Assembly: GCA_003151625.1 (NCBI GenBank)
Contig: PLYC01000007.1
Span: 2,929 to 66,928 of the forward strand
DNA: 64,000 nt
Origin: Candidatus Doudnabacteria bacterium
Lineage (GTDB): Bacteria > Patescibacteriota > Doudnabacteria > UBA920
Direction: 5' to 3'
The notes below the pieces were generated by a model. The model worked only from the letters and a program-made list of their open reading frames with translations. It made no database searches and was not told where the DNA came from. Position numbers and translations under genes: made by a program. Positions 1 to 9,090 of this stretch are shown in pieces; position 1 is the stretch's first letter; each line of letters starts with the position of its first letter.

Positions 1-1104
1 GCTCTCTCCGGCCGCGTACCGGTTAAAGTAACCAACGAAAACGGCGACATCCATGTTGGCGATTATATTACTCTGTCCAAAGAACTCTCTGGTTATGGAA
101 TGAAGGCTACGTATTCCGGTGAAGTTATCGGCCACGCCCTGGAAAATTTTGAACCCGGCGCGACCAGTACGGGCGGCAGCATTTTGGTTTTCCTGGGGAT
201 TGGTTTCCAAAATATTAACAACACTTTTGTTTTGGGAGACAACGACGGCCAATTAACGTCCGCGACTTCATCTCTGGTTACCCAGGATAACTTCCTAATT
301 AACCAACAAGGTACAGGCAGCCTGCTCCAGCTCCAGTCCGGCGGCCAGAACCGTTTGCTCATTGCCAACAACGGTTCATTTAACCTGTTCGCCAGCACGA
401 CAATTTCCACCTCCACTATATTAAGCGTCTTTAACGGAACCACCACCGAGTTCAGCATTACGGCCGCCGGGCACATTACCGTGGGTCAGGACACGGCCGG
501 GACCGCTACAATTAAAGCGGGAAACAACCAGACCACCGTAACCTTTAACGTGCCTTACGATTCTGTGCCCAAGATTGCGGTTACTGTGCAGGGTTTGCCC
601 AATTTCTTTTACGGCGTGGCCACCAAAACGCCGGACGGCTTTGTCATCCAGACGAGCCAGCCGGTTACGGCCGATACAAGCTTTGATTGGATAGCTCTTG
701 CTCAGCCTTCCACTTCAACATCCGTATCTAGTTTAAATGCGCAAATAGTAGTGGTCAGCCGGCCGGCCGGCCAGGGACAAATTAGTTCAGTTGGTTCTAT
801 TGCCTCCGGCACTTCTACCCCGACCGGTAGCGTCGGGGCCACTCCTCCCGACGCCTCTTCTACCCCTCCGGCTTCTGGTACTGTTGCCGGAACATCCACT
901 ACCGCTTCCGTCACCCCTCCACCCGCTACTACCTCAACCCCTCCGGCCGTTGTAACTCCGCCAGCAGCTCCTCCCGCTGCCGCTACTCCGCCAGCCGATA
1001 TAACTCCAGCCGCCGCCCCTGCCGTCCTAACCCCCTTGCCAGCCCAAAATCAGCCGACCGCCGACCCAGCGCCAGCTCCCGCGGTAAATACCGCAGGATC
1101 ATAG
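1..1104 (+). CDS. Secreted/surface protein with Thr/Pro/Ala-rich C-terminal low-complexity tail. It is 5'-partial: the frame is open back to window position 1.
   Basis: Open frame from nt 1. C-terminal approx 100 aa are a TPPA-rich repeat typical of cell-surface linkers. Followed by hairpin+T-run terminator at 1152-1180. Confidence 0.55.
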   Translation, partial: ALSGRVPVKVTNENGDIHVGDYITLSKELSGYGMKATYSGEVIGHALENFEPGATSTGGSILVFLGIGFQNINNTFVLGDNDGQLTSATSSLVTQDNFLINQQGTGSLLQLQSGGQNRLLIANNGSFNLFASTTISTSTILSVFNGTTTEFSITAAGHITVGQDTAGTATIKAGNNQTTVTFNVPYDSVPKIAVTVQGLPNFFYGVATKTPDGFVIQTSQPVTADTSFDWIALAQPSTSTSVSSLNAQIVVVSRPAGQGQISSVGSIASGTSTPTGSVGATPPDASSTPPASGTVAGTSTTASVTPPPATTSTPPAVVTPPAAPPAAATPPADITPAAAPAVLTPLPAQNQPTADPAPAPAVNTAGS

Positions 1105-1151
1105 ACAGTTTAAAAAGCCAAGTTTTATAAATTATCCTGTTATGTTACAAT

Positions 1152-1180
1152 ATAGTGGTACAAGTACCACTATATTTTTT
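1152..1180 (+). terminator. Rho-independent terminator
   Basis: Hairpin atagtggtac-aa-gtaccactat followed by attttttatt. Confidence 0.6.
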
Positions 1181-1182
1181 AT

Positions 1183-1328
1183 TCGCGACGTAGGCGAGAC
1201 AAAGTAATGCCTTAAGGTATTACTTTGCGAGCCGAGGAGCTAAGAAAGGTTTAATACCTCGAGGCTTGCCGCGAATTTACAGAGAGGTCTTGCAGTAATA
1301 CCCCGTTGCTTACGGCGGGGGAACCTTT
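1183..1328 (+). promoter_or_regulatory. Conserved structured leader element, copy 1
   Basis: Layout: GCGACGTAGGCGAGA, then a hairpin, then CGAGCCGAGGAGC ... AGGTTTAATACCTC ... GCAGTAATACC ... GAACCTTTATG. It ends exactly at the start codon of 1329..2351. Same architecture as 5046-5200 (minus strand) and 12992-13257. Confidence 0.55.
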
Positions 1329-2351
1329 ATGTCCACAGAAACCAAAAATAAAATTTATCCACGAATTATTACGGGAATTATATTATTGGCCGTCGGGGTT
1401 ATTATAGGCAGATATATTCCCCAACAGTCGCCATCGCCCGATGTAAACCAAAAAAATTTATCTGCCGACGTCCGGGCTGGCGGGGGTAAATATACCAACC
1501 CTCTATTGGATTGTGACCAAAGCCAGGCAGTTTTTGTGGAATTGGCGCCCTTTAAAGATAAGGTCAACAGCCAAATAAGCGATTTAGAAAAAGACCAGGA
1601 TATTTCCAATATTTCAGTTTACTTCCGCGATATGAATAACGGCCCCTGGTTTGGTATTAGCAGTTCGGCGACTTTTTCCCCGGCAAGTCTGTTAAAGGTG
1701 CCTTTGGCCATAGCTTACTATAAGTTAAACGAGCAGTCGCCCGGAGTGCTTGCTCAAACTATAACCTACACGGGACCCGACAGCAGCTGGCCGAACATTA
1801 CCCAAACCATTCCGCCCAAAGAACTGCTTACCGTCGGACAAGCTTACTCAATGGATGATTTAATTAAGCGTATGCTGTCGTACTCCGACAACACCGCCTA
1901 CTACCTTTTATTTTCCAATATTAAACAAACGGATTTACAGTCGGTCTACAACGATTTTAACCTCCAGCTTAACGGTCCGGGTTCGGCGGACGACTCAACA
2001 GTAACTGTGCGTGGTTATTCCAGTTTTTTTAGGATTTTATTCAACGCCTCTTATTTAAATCGTTCAGATTCCGAAAAAGTATTGTCATATTTGGCTGACT
2101 CCGAATTTATGGATGGCTTGGCTGCCGGTGTTCCTAGTAATGTACCAATAGCCCATAAATTCGGCGAACGGGAAACAACCGACAAAAAGCCCGTGGAATT
2201 TCATGATTGCGGCATAGTTTATTATCCGCAGCATCCTTATTTACTTTGCGTTATGACGCAGGGCAGTGACATTGTCAAACAAACGAATGCCATCAAGCAA
2301 ATTTCTTCCACGGTCTATAATCAGGTAAACAGCCAAAACCCGGGGAATTAA
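1329..2351 (+). CDS. Class A beta-lactamase-like serine hydrolase (PBP/beta-lactamase fold), N-terminal membrane anchor
   Basis: Motifs in class-A order: FSPASLLK (SxxK), YSDNTAYY (SDN), HKFGE (KTG-like). N-terminal TM helix. Confidence 0.6.
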   Translation: MSTETKNKIYPRIITGIILLAVGVIIGRYIPQQSPSPDVNQKNLSADVRAGGGKYTNPLLDCDQSQAVFVELAPFKDKVNSQISDLEKDQDISNISVYFRDMNNGPWFGISSSATFSPASLLKVPLAIAYYKLNEQSPGVLAQTITYTGPDSSWPNITQTIPPKELLTVGQAYSMDDLIKRMLSYSDNTAYYLLFSNIKQTDLQSVYNDFNLQLNGPGSADDSTVTVRGYSSFFRILFNASYLNRSDSEKVLSYLADSEFMDGLAAGVPSNVPIAHKFGERETTDKKPVEFHDCGIVYYPQHPYLLCVMTQGSDIVKQTNAIKQISSTVYNQVNSQNPGN

Positions 2352-2457
2352 AATATGACTTAAGTCTAAGAAGTTTTAATAATATAAAAGATAGTCCGAG
2401 GGAACAAGATTTAACTACTTCGGAAAATAAATCGGAGCAGTCAATAATTTGCCCATT

Positions 2458-2636
2458 TTGCTTAAAAAAAGGGAAAAGCTTTTAATTTGGGCTTTAGTGG
2501 TCTTGGGTGTAACGGCAATTATTTTGGCAGTGTGGGGGAACTTATGAGTTTCGGGCAAGCTCTAGCGCGCGTTCGGAGCTTACAAAACTTCAACAAAATA
2601 ACGCCGCTTCAAGTGGCAACAATGCCTAGCAAATAA
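2458..2636 (+). other. Two candidate micro-ORFs: a 29-aa TM peptide with TTG start, and a 30-aa peptide whose start overlaps the first stop as ATGA
   Basis: Hydrophobic 29-aa ORF LLKKREKLLIWALVVLGVTAIILAVWGNL. ATGA overlap with MSFGQALARVRSLQNFNKITPLQVATMPSK. No clear RBS. Confidence 0.15.
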
Positions 2637-2659
2637 TTAATGAGGTTGGAAATCTAATT

Positions 2660-2872
2660 GTGTTGCCGCAAGACGAACAGCCGACAATTGCCACGGTAAC
2701 CGATTTAGCCAAGCTTCAGGGTCAGCCGTTTTTTGCCAACGCCCAAGTGGGAGACAAGGTTTTAATTTACAGCCGGGCAGGCAAAGTTATTTTATACCGG
2801 CCGGGCGAAAATAAAATAATTGAATTGGCGCCAATAAATATTTCCACTACCACCCCGCAAACAAGCCCGTAA
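2660..2872 (+). CDS. Hypothetical small protein (GTG start)
   Basis: 70-aa ORF with AT-rich host-like codon usage. No recognisable domain. Confidence 0.35.
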   Translation: MLPQDEQPTIATVTDLAKLQGQPFFANAQVGDKVLIYSRAGKVILYRPGENKIIELAPINISTTTPQTSP

Positions 2873-2964
2873 GCAAGGGGGGTAAAATAAGTCTTATATT
2901 GCCAACATGTCCTAGTCTTTTATGACCAAAATGTTTTATAAGACTCATTTTGTCCTATTTTAAT

Positions 2965-3140
2965 CCTTATAGGGTCTGTTGCCGAATGTCATTTTTGCCC
3001 AAAATTTGCTTTTTGGGCAAACCGGCCAAAAAAATTTCTCCGCTTACCTTTCAGGTAAACATCAAAATTTGTTTTTACCGCTTTGCCTCAAACATCAAAT
3101 TTTGCATCAAAAAGCCCATTCGGCAACAGACCCTTATACT
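2965..3140. repeat. MITE-like palindromic element with 17-bp perfect terminal inverted repeats
   Basis: gggtctgttgccgaatg at 2972-2988 and cattcggcaacagaccc at 3117-3133. Internal hairpins tttgcccaaaatttgctttttgggcaaa and ttacctttcaggtaa. The predicted 64-aa ORF 2950..3144 spans exactly this palindrome and is judged non-coding. Confidence 0.5.
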
Positions 3141-3375
3141 CTGACTTAACCATAACAAATTTTTCAACCGCTACTTCCTTCTGGCTATGTCGGTAATTTT
3201 GCTTATGGTTGCCATAGGTGGCTACTATATATAGAGTGGCAGTACCCGCCAAACCCGCCCCGTAAACACCCCGCTCCTTAAATCTCGCGACGGCGTAAAA
3301 TTACACTAATCCCAGATGGGCACCATCAAGGGGGACTATGAATAATTTTGAAATATTTATTGAACGATTGAATGA

Positions 3376-3415
3376 ATAATCGCCATCGGGCAGTATCCGC
3401 CCGATGGCGATTATT
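3376..3415. terminator. Bidirectional hairpin terminator between convergent genes
   Basis: aataatcgccatcggg cagtatccg cccgatggcgattatt, a perfect 16-bp stem flanked by A/T runs on both sides. Confidence 0.6.
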
Positions 3416-3425
3416 AAATTTTGAA

Positions 3426-4118
3426 CTATTTAGTCACTACCAGGGCGATTTTTCTGGTAGAGTCTATGCTTTTGGTTGCGTTATTCCAATCCGACGCAGC
3501 GTTTTGCAGCACCGAGAAAGGGTATTCGTTTCCGTCTCCGCCGTCTGTACCGGGGTCGTTGACTATAAATGTATCGCCTTTAAAACCGCGCAGGACTATC
3601 ATATGGTAAAGCGGGCCGCCGTTAACGTATTGAGTGTTGCCTAAAAGCTTGGCGTTTATGGGTAAAAGAATCGGATGGTTATTAATCAGCGCGATTTTTA
3701 AATCGTTTTCCGTAAAATTTGGAATTTGGGTAATATTTAGGCCAAACGCACCTTCGGCCATTTTGGTGGTGGCATCGGCGCCGGTATTTTGGTTATAGCC
3801 TAAATTGGCCTGTTCCCATTTTTTTAAATTGTCTATGGCATTTTGCGCCGCGGTTGCCGGCAGCCGGTCTTCTGTCGTGCCGGTTAAAAACGCGTTGGCC
3901 ATGGTAATGCTGGTTTCTTCGCAGTCTTCGTTGCGGCTCCAGTTATCGGTTGGCGCCTGCGCGCTAAAAGGCACGGCCAGCACAAAATTTATAGGAATGG
4001 TTTTTGGCGCAACCATTTTAAAAATAAACAAAGCCGCCACTGCCAGTAAAACAAAAACAATTCCGGCGTAAAGCATATCCAGTTTTGGGAATTTTATTTG
4101 CATTAAATTGAATCTCAA
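3426..4118 (-). CDS. Secreted C39-like (YvpB / Peptidase_C39_2-type) papain-fold cysteine peptidase, signal-anchored
   Basis: N-terminal TM. Motif QAPTDNWSRNEDCEETSITMANAFL (N.DCE.TS..MA catalytic Cys region) and downstream YHMIVLRGF His region. Paralog of 4188..4997. Confidence 0.5.
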   Translation of the reverse strand: MRFNLMQIKFPKLDMLYAGIVFVLLAVAALFIFKMVAPKTIPINFVLAVPFSAQAPTDNWSRNEDCEETSITMANAFLTGTTEDRLPATAAQNAIDNLKKWEQANLGYNQNTGADATTKMAEGAFGLNITQIPNFTENDLKIALINNHPILLPINAKLLGNTQYVNGGPLYHMIVLRGFKGDTFIVNDPGTDGGDGNEYPFSVLQNAASDWNNATKSIDSTRKIALVVTK

Positions 4119-4187
4119 AAAATTTTGTTAATTTTACTTTCCGCCAAAGGCGGATCCGCCTCCGGCGGAAATTTTGGTCAATAACTA

Positions 4188-4997
4188 TTATTTCCAAACC
4201 ACAATCATGACTTTTTTTGTTTGGTCAATTGTATTGGTATTGTGATCCCAGTCCGCTCCCGCGTTGTGGAGAGTTTCAAAAGTGTATGGGTAATTTTGGC
4301 CGCGCCTGGTGCCGGAATCGTTTGTAACAAGGCCGTTTGCCGTGTATCCGCGAACAACCAGCATATGATAAATCGGCCCGGGTTGCGTGTAGTTGGGATT
4401 GCCTATAATTTGACCGTTAACCGGCAAAATAACCACGTGGTTCTGGTTAAGTTGGTTTTTTATATCCTGCAAAGTATAGTCTGTAAAAACTTTTGTTTGC
4501 AAACCGTAAAATCCCTGAATCATTTGGGCTGTTTCGGCAGCCGTGGTATCTAAGTGGTATCCAAGGTGGCTGTCTTCCCAGTTATTCAAATTATTCATTT
4601 CGGTTTCGACTTGCGAAGCCGCGAGTACCACATTTGTATTACCGGTTAAATACGTATTAGCCATAAGCGCAGAGGCCTCTTCGCAGTCTTCGTTGTGGGC
4701 AAGATCCCAATTGGCGGTAGGGGCTTGGGAGGTAAAGGGGATTGGTAAGTTTAAGACACTTGGCTCTGCCGGAGTCGAGGTCGCGATTAGTGCTTGATTT
4801 TGGGAAGACAGCCTGCCGTTTCCGGTTGTGGTGGCTGACATCCCCAATTGGTCGTTATAATTTAAAACGATCGGTGTTTTACTGTTAATATAATAAAAAG
4901 CAGCCGCGACGAAAATTATTGCGGCAATAAAGAAAAAAAACATAACTCTCGAAGATTTTTTGTGGGGGGTAATTTTTGATATTTTAAAATCGTCCAT
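4188..4997 (-). CDS. Secreted C39-like cysteine peptidase, paralog of 3426..4118
   Basis: QAPTANWDLAHNEDCEEASALMANTYL and YHMLVVRGY, conserved with the neighbouring gene. N-terminal TM with lysine-rich start. Confidence 0.5.
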   Translation of the reverse strand: MDDFKISKITPHKKSSRVMFFFFIAAIIFVAAAFYYINSKTPIVLNYNDQLGMSATTTGNGRLSSQNQALIATSTPAEPSVLNLPIPFTSQAPTANWDLAHNEDCEEASALMANTYLTGNTNVVLAASQVETEMNNLNNWEDSHLGYHLDTTAAETAQMIQGFYGLQTKVFTDYTLQDIKNQLNQNHVVILPVNGQIIGNPNYTQPGPIYHMLVVRGYTANGLVTNDSGTRRGQNYPYTFETLHNAGADWDHNTNTIDQTKKVMIVVWK

Positions 4998-5045
4998 AAT
5001 TATGTGTTTAAGGACTTACCTATTAACTGTCCAGACGATAAAGAA

Positions 5046-5200
5046 ATAAAGGTTCGCTCTCTACAAAACCACGAGGTATTACTGCGCGAGTTATAGACTG
5101 CTATCGCAGTCGCCCGTTGGCTGGATGAGGTATCGAACCTGTATTGGCTCCTCGGCTCGCAAAGTAATCCTTAAGCTTACTTTGTCTCGCTCTACGTCGC
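5046..5200 (-). promoter_or_regulatory. Conserved structured leader element, copy 2 (minus strand)
   Basis: Minus-strand reading: GCGACGTAGAGCGAGA, then hairpin caaagtaagcttaaggattactttg, then CGAGCCGAGGAGC ... CAGGTTCGATACCTC ... GCAGTAATACCTCG ... GAGCGAACCTTTATT. It sits approx 45 nt upstream of the peptidase start at 4997. Confidence 0.55.
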
Positions 5201-5230
5201 TAATAAAAAGCCCTTGCTCTAGCAAGGGCT
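5201..5230 (-). terminator. Rho-independent terminator for the 5237..5344 minus-strand small ORF
   Basis: Hairpin agcccttgctagagcaagggct followed by TTTTTATT on the minus strand. Confidence 0.5.
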
Positions 5231-5236
5231 AACTAT

Positions 5237-5344
5237 TTATTTAACAACCGGAGGAGTCGCTGGCTTTTGGCCTGCGGGTGTAGGTTCGGCAGAAGTAGTA
5301 GGGGCTGTTGGTGTGGTTGTCGGAGGCTTTGTATCGTCGCTCAT
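5237..5344 (-). CDS. 35-aa Pro/Thr-rich small peptide (MSDDTKPPTTTPTAPTTSAEPTPAGQKPATPPVVK)
   Basis: Strong RBS agaaaggaaaa 7 nt upstream of ATG and its own terminator at 5201-5230. Below the 60-aa ORF-track cutoff. Confidence 0.4.
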   Translation of the reverse strand: MSDDTKPPTTTPTAPTTSAEPTPAGQKPATPPVVK

Positions 5345-5744
5345 AAATTTTCCTTTCTCTGCCATACCGTTGCTCTTTGGCCAAGCAGGTTTAAATTATT
5401 GTTGAGGTCTGTAGAGTATTTTTTTACATTGTCAGTAAAAAAATTTTGGGTCTCCAGGACCTCTTAAGTCATCGTAGTCTAAGGCGCAGATTCTGTATAC
5501 AGTAAAAAGTACGTATTACAACATTTAAGCCCGAGTTAAGCCTTAAGAAATGTTTATGGGTACGCTTAAGCAGTTAAATAGTTATTTAATTATTAATTTA
5601 TGTTCTAAATCCGGTTAAACGTTCATAACAAGTGTATAACTAATTTGACAGCTATATACATTTACTAGAATGGGGAGTAGGCTTAAGGTCTAGGGTTTAA
5701 TAATTAGATTACTAACTAACCATTTAACTAATTGTTGGACTTAC

Positions 5745-5797
5745 GCATTTTTGTTTTTTTAATTTAATGTTTTTAAAATAAAAAGGCGTAAGTCCTA
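5745..5797. repeat. Mini-copy of the GGACTTACGC-TIR MITE family
   Basis: ggacttacgc...gcgtaagtcc inverted termini flanking 33 nt of A/T. Sits immediately upstream of the arsR-like gene. Confidence 0.5.
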
Positions 5798-5820
5798 TGA
5801 TTGATTAAACAAGGAATGCC

Positions 5821-6126
5821 ATGCTTACCGATAAACAAATAACAAAAATTCGCAAGGCGTTTAACGGTACCGATCAAAGAGTAATTTTTAAAATACTCGG
5901 CGATACCAACCGTTACCGCATTTTTGAAATGTTGGGAAAACATTCCCGGCTTTCCGTAGGCGATATGGCAAAAATTTTAAGAATTTCCATACCCTTAGCC
6001 TCACAACATCTTAAAATTTTAGAGCAAGGCAATATGCTGGAAAAGGAGAAGCAGGGCCAGAAAGTTTATTACAAGCTTAGAACCGATAACACGATTGCCC
6101 ACGCGATTACCAAAGGCGTCCTCTAA
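5821..6126 (+). CDS. ArsR/SmtB-family HTH transcriptional regulator
   Basis: HTH SVGDMAKILRISIPLASQHLKILEQGNML and wing GQKVYYKL. RBS aaggaa. Confidence 0.7.
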   Translation: MLTDKQITKIRKAFNGTDQRVIFKILGDTNRYRIFEMLGKHSRLSVGDMAKILRISIPLASQHLKILEQGNMLEKEKQGQKVYYKLRTDNTIAHAITKGVL

Positions 6127-6138
6127 CCACTACTAAAT

Positions 6139-6372
6139 ATGCCAAAAGAAAATGTTATTATTCTTGCCAGAGAATTATTTAAAATCAGGCTTAGTTCTTC
6201 CCGGGAAGGCGTTGCCGAAGATGACGGCGTGCATGAAATGAAAATCAAAGGCATTAGCTCTTACAACGACGTGGTAATAGAAAAGTGGTATAAGGAGGCC
6301 ATAAGAACAGCTGAAATTATAATCGCTTTGGAAGAAGAATATTTGAAAACAGATAATTTTCCACATAATTAA
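6139..6372 (+). CDS. Hypothetical protein, co-oriented 12 nt after the arsR-like gene
   Basis: 77-aa ORF, tightly spaced operon-like arrangement. Confidence 0.4.
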   Translation: MPKENVIILARELFKIRLSSSREGVAEDDGVHEMKIKGISSYNDVVIEKWYKEAIRTAEIIIALEEEYLKTDNFPHN

Positions 6373-6386
6373 TTTTTAAAAAATAT

Positions 6387-6887
6387 ATGTCGTTTTCAAA
6401 CGGAATGAACGAAAAAAAAGAAAAGTCTGAAGGTAGAAATCAGGTTTATTTGTATACCGCCGCCGGTGTGATAGTTCTGGCGCTCGCCATTTGGGGAGTC
6501 TATGCTTATAACCATTCGGGCAGTCAGACCGGCACTCAACAGGTCTCGCTCCAGGACAACTTAAATAACACTCCGGCCGCAACCACAACCCCGACCTCCA
6601 CCCCCGCAAGCATTCCCGAGAAGCTTTCTTATGGTGCCGCTATACAAGCCTACCCAGAACGTTTTCAGTTTAAGCTATGCCAGGGAACCCCAGCCACGAT
6701 TGCCGTAAAGAAAGGCACGCCAGTTATGCTGGATAATAGAGATACAACAGCACATACCTTTAAGGCCGATACCCAAACTTTTAGAATTGCTGGTTTAGAT
6801 TACGCTGTGCTTTATCCGCAAGTTCTAGGTAACCTTGTGGTCACCTGCGACAGCAAAGACCGGGTGACGTTAAATGTTGAAAAATAA
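6387..6887 (+). CDS. Hypothetical exported protein with N-terminal TM and Thr/Pro linker
   Basis: TM helix, TTPTSTPAS linker, then a beta-rich C-terminal domain. Confidence 0.45.
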   Translation: MSFSNGMNEKKEKSEGRNQVYLYTAAGVIVLALAIWGVYAYNHSGSQTGTQQVSLQDNLNNTPAATTTPTSTPASIPEKLSYGAAIQAYPERFQFKLCQGTPATIAVKKGTPVMLDNRDTTAHTFKADTQTFRIAGLDYAVLYPQVLGNLVVTCDSKDRVTLNVEK

Positions 6888-6892
6888 ATTAA

Positions 6893-7060
6893 ACAAATTC
6901 GAAATACGAATACCTGCCTCGACTTGACTGCCGAGTCAAGGCGGGTCGAAATTCGAAACAAATTCGAAATTTAAAATTTTAATATTTAAAACAGGTTTTG
7001 AATTTACTCATTTAGAATTTAAATATTGTTTCGTATTTCGGATTTAGTGCTTCGGATTTA
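6893..7060. repeat. Large imperfect palindromic AT-rich region built from 'attcgaaat / atttcgaat' units
   Basis: aaattcgaaatacgaata ... cgaaattcgaaacaaattcgaaattt mirrored by gtttcgtatttcggattt...cttcggattt. Includes hairpin gcctcgacttgactgccgagtcaaggcgg. Related regions at 48150-48290 and 62633-62775. Confidence 0.45.
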
Positions 7061-7076
7061 TTTTGAAAGGAACTTT

Positions 7077-7433
7077 ATGGATTCATATAACTCACCCAGT
7101 ACCAAACCGCTTTACCGCGGTACGCAAATTGTTTGGTATATTGTCGGCCTTTTGGAAGCGCTCTTGGCGTTTCGGTTTGTGCTTAAACTGCTCGGTGCCA
7201 ATCCCGCCGCCGGATTTACCAGCTTCATTTACGGCATTACCTATCCTTTTGCCGCTCCGTTCTTAAGTGTGTTTAAGATAAGCGATGTTAACGGCAGTAT
7301 TTTTGAATGGACTACCTTGCTGGCCATGTTGGTTTACTGGCTGATTGCCATGGCTATTGTTAAATTGTTTTTAATGGGCAAAACCGTTTCCACTCCGGAA
7401 GCCGCGGTCAAGTTAGACAACCAGGATAAATAA
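7077..7433 (+). CDS. YggT-family membrane protein
   Basis: LLAFRFVLKLLGANPAAGFTSFIYGITYPFAAPF matches the YGGT signature. RBS gaaagga. The 7026 start in the ORF track overlaps the palindrome and is judged spurious. Confidence 0.6.
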   Translation: MDSYNSPSTKPLYRGTQIVWYIVGLLEALLAFRFVLKLLGANPAAGFTSFIYGITYPFAAPFLSVFKISDVNGSIFEWTTLLAMLVYWLIAMAIVKLFLMGKTVSTPEAAVKLDNQDK

Positions 7434-7445
7434 TAGTTTAATCTT

Positions 7446-7628
7446 GTGGTTATCAAAAAAACTAGGCGGATAATTATCATACTGATAGTCACACTGTCAT
7501 TTGTAAATGTGTTTATTAGCACATCTTTGCATGATAAGTCGACAAACGTAGCCATTTCTACGGGCGTGTTAGTTGCCACTATCGTGCTTGCTGTATTACT
7601 TATTTTGACTGAAGCACGGAAAGAATAG
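7446..7628 (+). CDS. Possible 60-aa two-TM membrane peptide (GTG start)
   Basis: Two hydrophobic helices. No clear RBS. Confidence 0.25.
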   Translation: MVIKKTRRIIIILIVTLSFVNVFISTSLHDKSTNVAISTGVLVATIVLAVLLILTEARKE

Positions 7629-7667
7629 AGATAGAAAAATAATATTACAATGGAAAGGAAAAAGTTT

Positions 7668-8036
7668 ATGACAAAAACATCTAACGCCGGAAAAGTTGCC
7701 GGAGCTGTAGGACTGGCAGCCGGAATTGCGGCAGCGGCAGCGTATTATTTTTACGGAAAAGAAGGTAAAGGCCACAGAAAGGAAGCCGAGACTTGGACAA
7801 AAAAGGCCAAAGCGGAAGTTTTGGAAAAAATTAAAGAAATGAAAAATATCAGCCAAACGGCTTATGAAAAGGTCATAGCGGAGGTTTTGGCGAAATACAA
7901 ACTGGTTAAGAATATTGATCCTAAAGAATTGCAAAGTTTTGGGCAAGAGTTAAAAGCTCATTGGACAGAAATTTCCAAACAAGCGGCCAAGCTTAGCGGA
8001 AAAGGCGTCTCAAAAAAACCTGCGACGAAAATATGA
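7668..8036 (+). CDS. YtxH-like membrane-anchored protein (N-terminal GxxxG/Ala-rich helix plus coiled coil)
   Basis: KVAGAVGLAAGIAAAAAYYFYGKEGKGHRKE pattern. RBS ggaaagg. Paralog of 10221..10604 in inverted orientation. Confidence 0.5.
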   Translation: MTKTSNAGKVAGAVGLAAGIAAAAAYYFYGKEGKGHRKEAETWTKKAKAEVLEKIKEMKNISQTAYEKVIAEVLAKYKLVKNIDPKELQSFGQELKAHWTEISKQAAKLSGKGVSKKPATKI

Positions 8037-8305
8037 TTATTTTACTTGTTTTAGTTTTTGGCGCGATTGTCGGAATTATTGCCTTTGCGGTTAAGGGTTC
8101 CGGTTATGGGTTGTGGTGGGACATAATGCTGGGGATTGTCGGGTCTATTATTGCGAGTTTCGTTATGACAGCCGCTTACATTTTAAACCGTTTTGGCAGG
8201 GCAGATGTTATAGGGTTTAATTGGTACAGTATGGTTATTGGGACAATTGGCGCTCTTACGGTAATTTACGGCGCTTGGCTTTATAATAGAGCAAATTTAA
8301 TATAA
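8033..8305 (+). CDS. GlsB/YeaQ/YmgE-family transglycosylase-associated small membrane protein
   Basis: ATGA overlap with the upstream gene. GIVGSIIASFVM ... GFNWYSMVIGTIGA pattern. Confidence 0.6.
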   Translation: MIILLVLVFGAIVGIIAFAVKGSGYGLWWDIMLGIVGSIIASFVMTAAYILNRFGRADVIGFNWYSMVIGTIGALTVIYGAWLYNRANLI

Positions 8306-8306
8306 A

Positions 8307-8396
8307 TAGGACTTACGCACTTGGTCAAGCCCTTGTGGTTTGAGGCAACAATATATAGAGTTTCTATCATTTTTGCCTCAAACGCGTAAGTCCTAA
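8307..8396. repeat. Internally deleted copy of the GGACTTACGCG-TIR MITE
   Basis: taggacttacgc ... gtttgaggcaa...ttgcctcaaacgcgtaagtccta. Retains the 3' hairpin module of the full copies. Confidence 0.6.
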
Positions 8397-8450
8397 TAAA
8401 AATAATTTTTAAACGGTTTAATTATACGATTAAACCTAAAAAGGAGATAT

Positions 8451-8615
8451 ATGGCGACAGATGAAGATGTACAAAATGCCGATGACGATGCGTCAGACGC
8501 TCAAACTAGCGCTGATGTCGCTAAAGATGATGCCAAGCAGGTGCGTAGTGATGTGATAGACGAACATCATCAAATATCCGATGATGAAGAAAATAAAGCC
8601 GAGGCTTTGGAGTAG
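8451..8615 (+). CDS. 54-aa highly acidic small protein (MATDEDVQNADDDASDAQTSADVAKDDAKQV...)
   Basis: Strong SD aaaaaggagatat upstream of ATG. Below the ORF-track size cutoff. Confidence 0.5.
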   Translation: MATDEDVQNADDDASDAQTSADVAKDDAKQVRSDVIDEHHQISDDEENKAEALE

Positions 8616-8661
8616 AAAGGTCGCAATTTTTGAAATTATTAATAACTAAACAACATTTTAT

Positions 8662-8913
8662 ATGGGAATTATACTTTGGATAATATTTGGCGCTTTGGCC
8701 GGGTGGATTGCCTCGGCAATTATGGGGAGCAGGGACGGTGTGTTAATGGATATAGTAATTGGAATAGTTGGCGCGGTTTTGGGCGGCTGGATTATGAGCC
8801 TCTTTGGCCAGGGCGGCGTATCGGGCTTTAATCTTTATAGCTTCCTGGTGGCAATACTAGGAGCAGTCGTTCTAATTTGGATTGTAAGAGCTATAAGGGG
8901 TTCTAAAGTTTAA
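8662..8913 (+). CDS. GlsB/YeaQ/YmgE-family small membrane protein
   Basis: MGIILWIIFGALAGWIASAIMGSRDG...DIVIGIVGAVLGGWIM classic signature. Confidence 0.7.
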   Translation: MGIILWIIFGALAGWIASAIMGSRDGVLMDIVIGIVGAVLGGWIMSLFGQGGVSGFNLYSFLVAILGAVVLIWIVRAIRGSKV

Positions 8914-9090
8914 AACATAATAGTAAGTCCTACATAGGCTAATATACAGGCTTTTTGACAAGGCTTTTTGACGGTTTGACTTTGTGCTTAATACCTGTCA
9001 TACTTATAAAGCAAAAAATATTTATAGAAAAGTCGTCGAATTTCACAAATATATTTTAAATTTGCAACTTTATTTTTAAACTCTAAATCC

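Noticed and set aside
2950-3144. 64-aa ORF predicted on the + strand
   Set aside because: It coincides exactly with a palindromic element bounded by 17-bp inverted repeats. The peptide is low-complexity (FCIKKPIRQQ) with no RBS.
3372-3644. Two overlapping + strand ORFs (90 and 62 aa)
   Set aside because: They are antisense to the C39-like peptidase gene 3426..4118.
5267-5467. 66-aa Cys/Arg-rich + strand ORF
   Set aside because: It is antisense to the well-signalled 35-aa minus-strand micro-ORF region, has an implausible composition, and has no RBS.
7026-7076. Upstream ATG start for the YggT gene
   Set aside because: The region belongs to the palindromic intergenic repeat. A good RBS precedes the ATG at 7077 and the YggT homology begins there.
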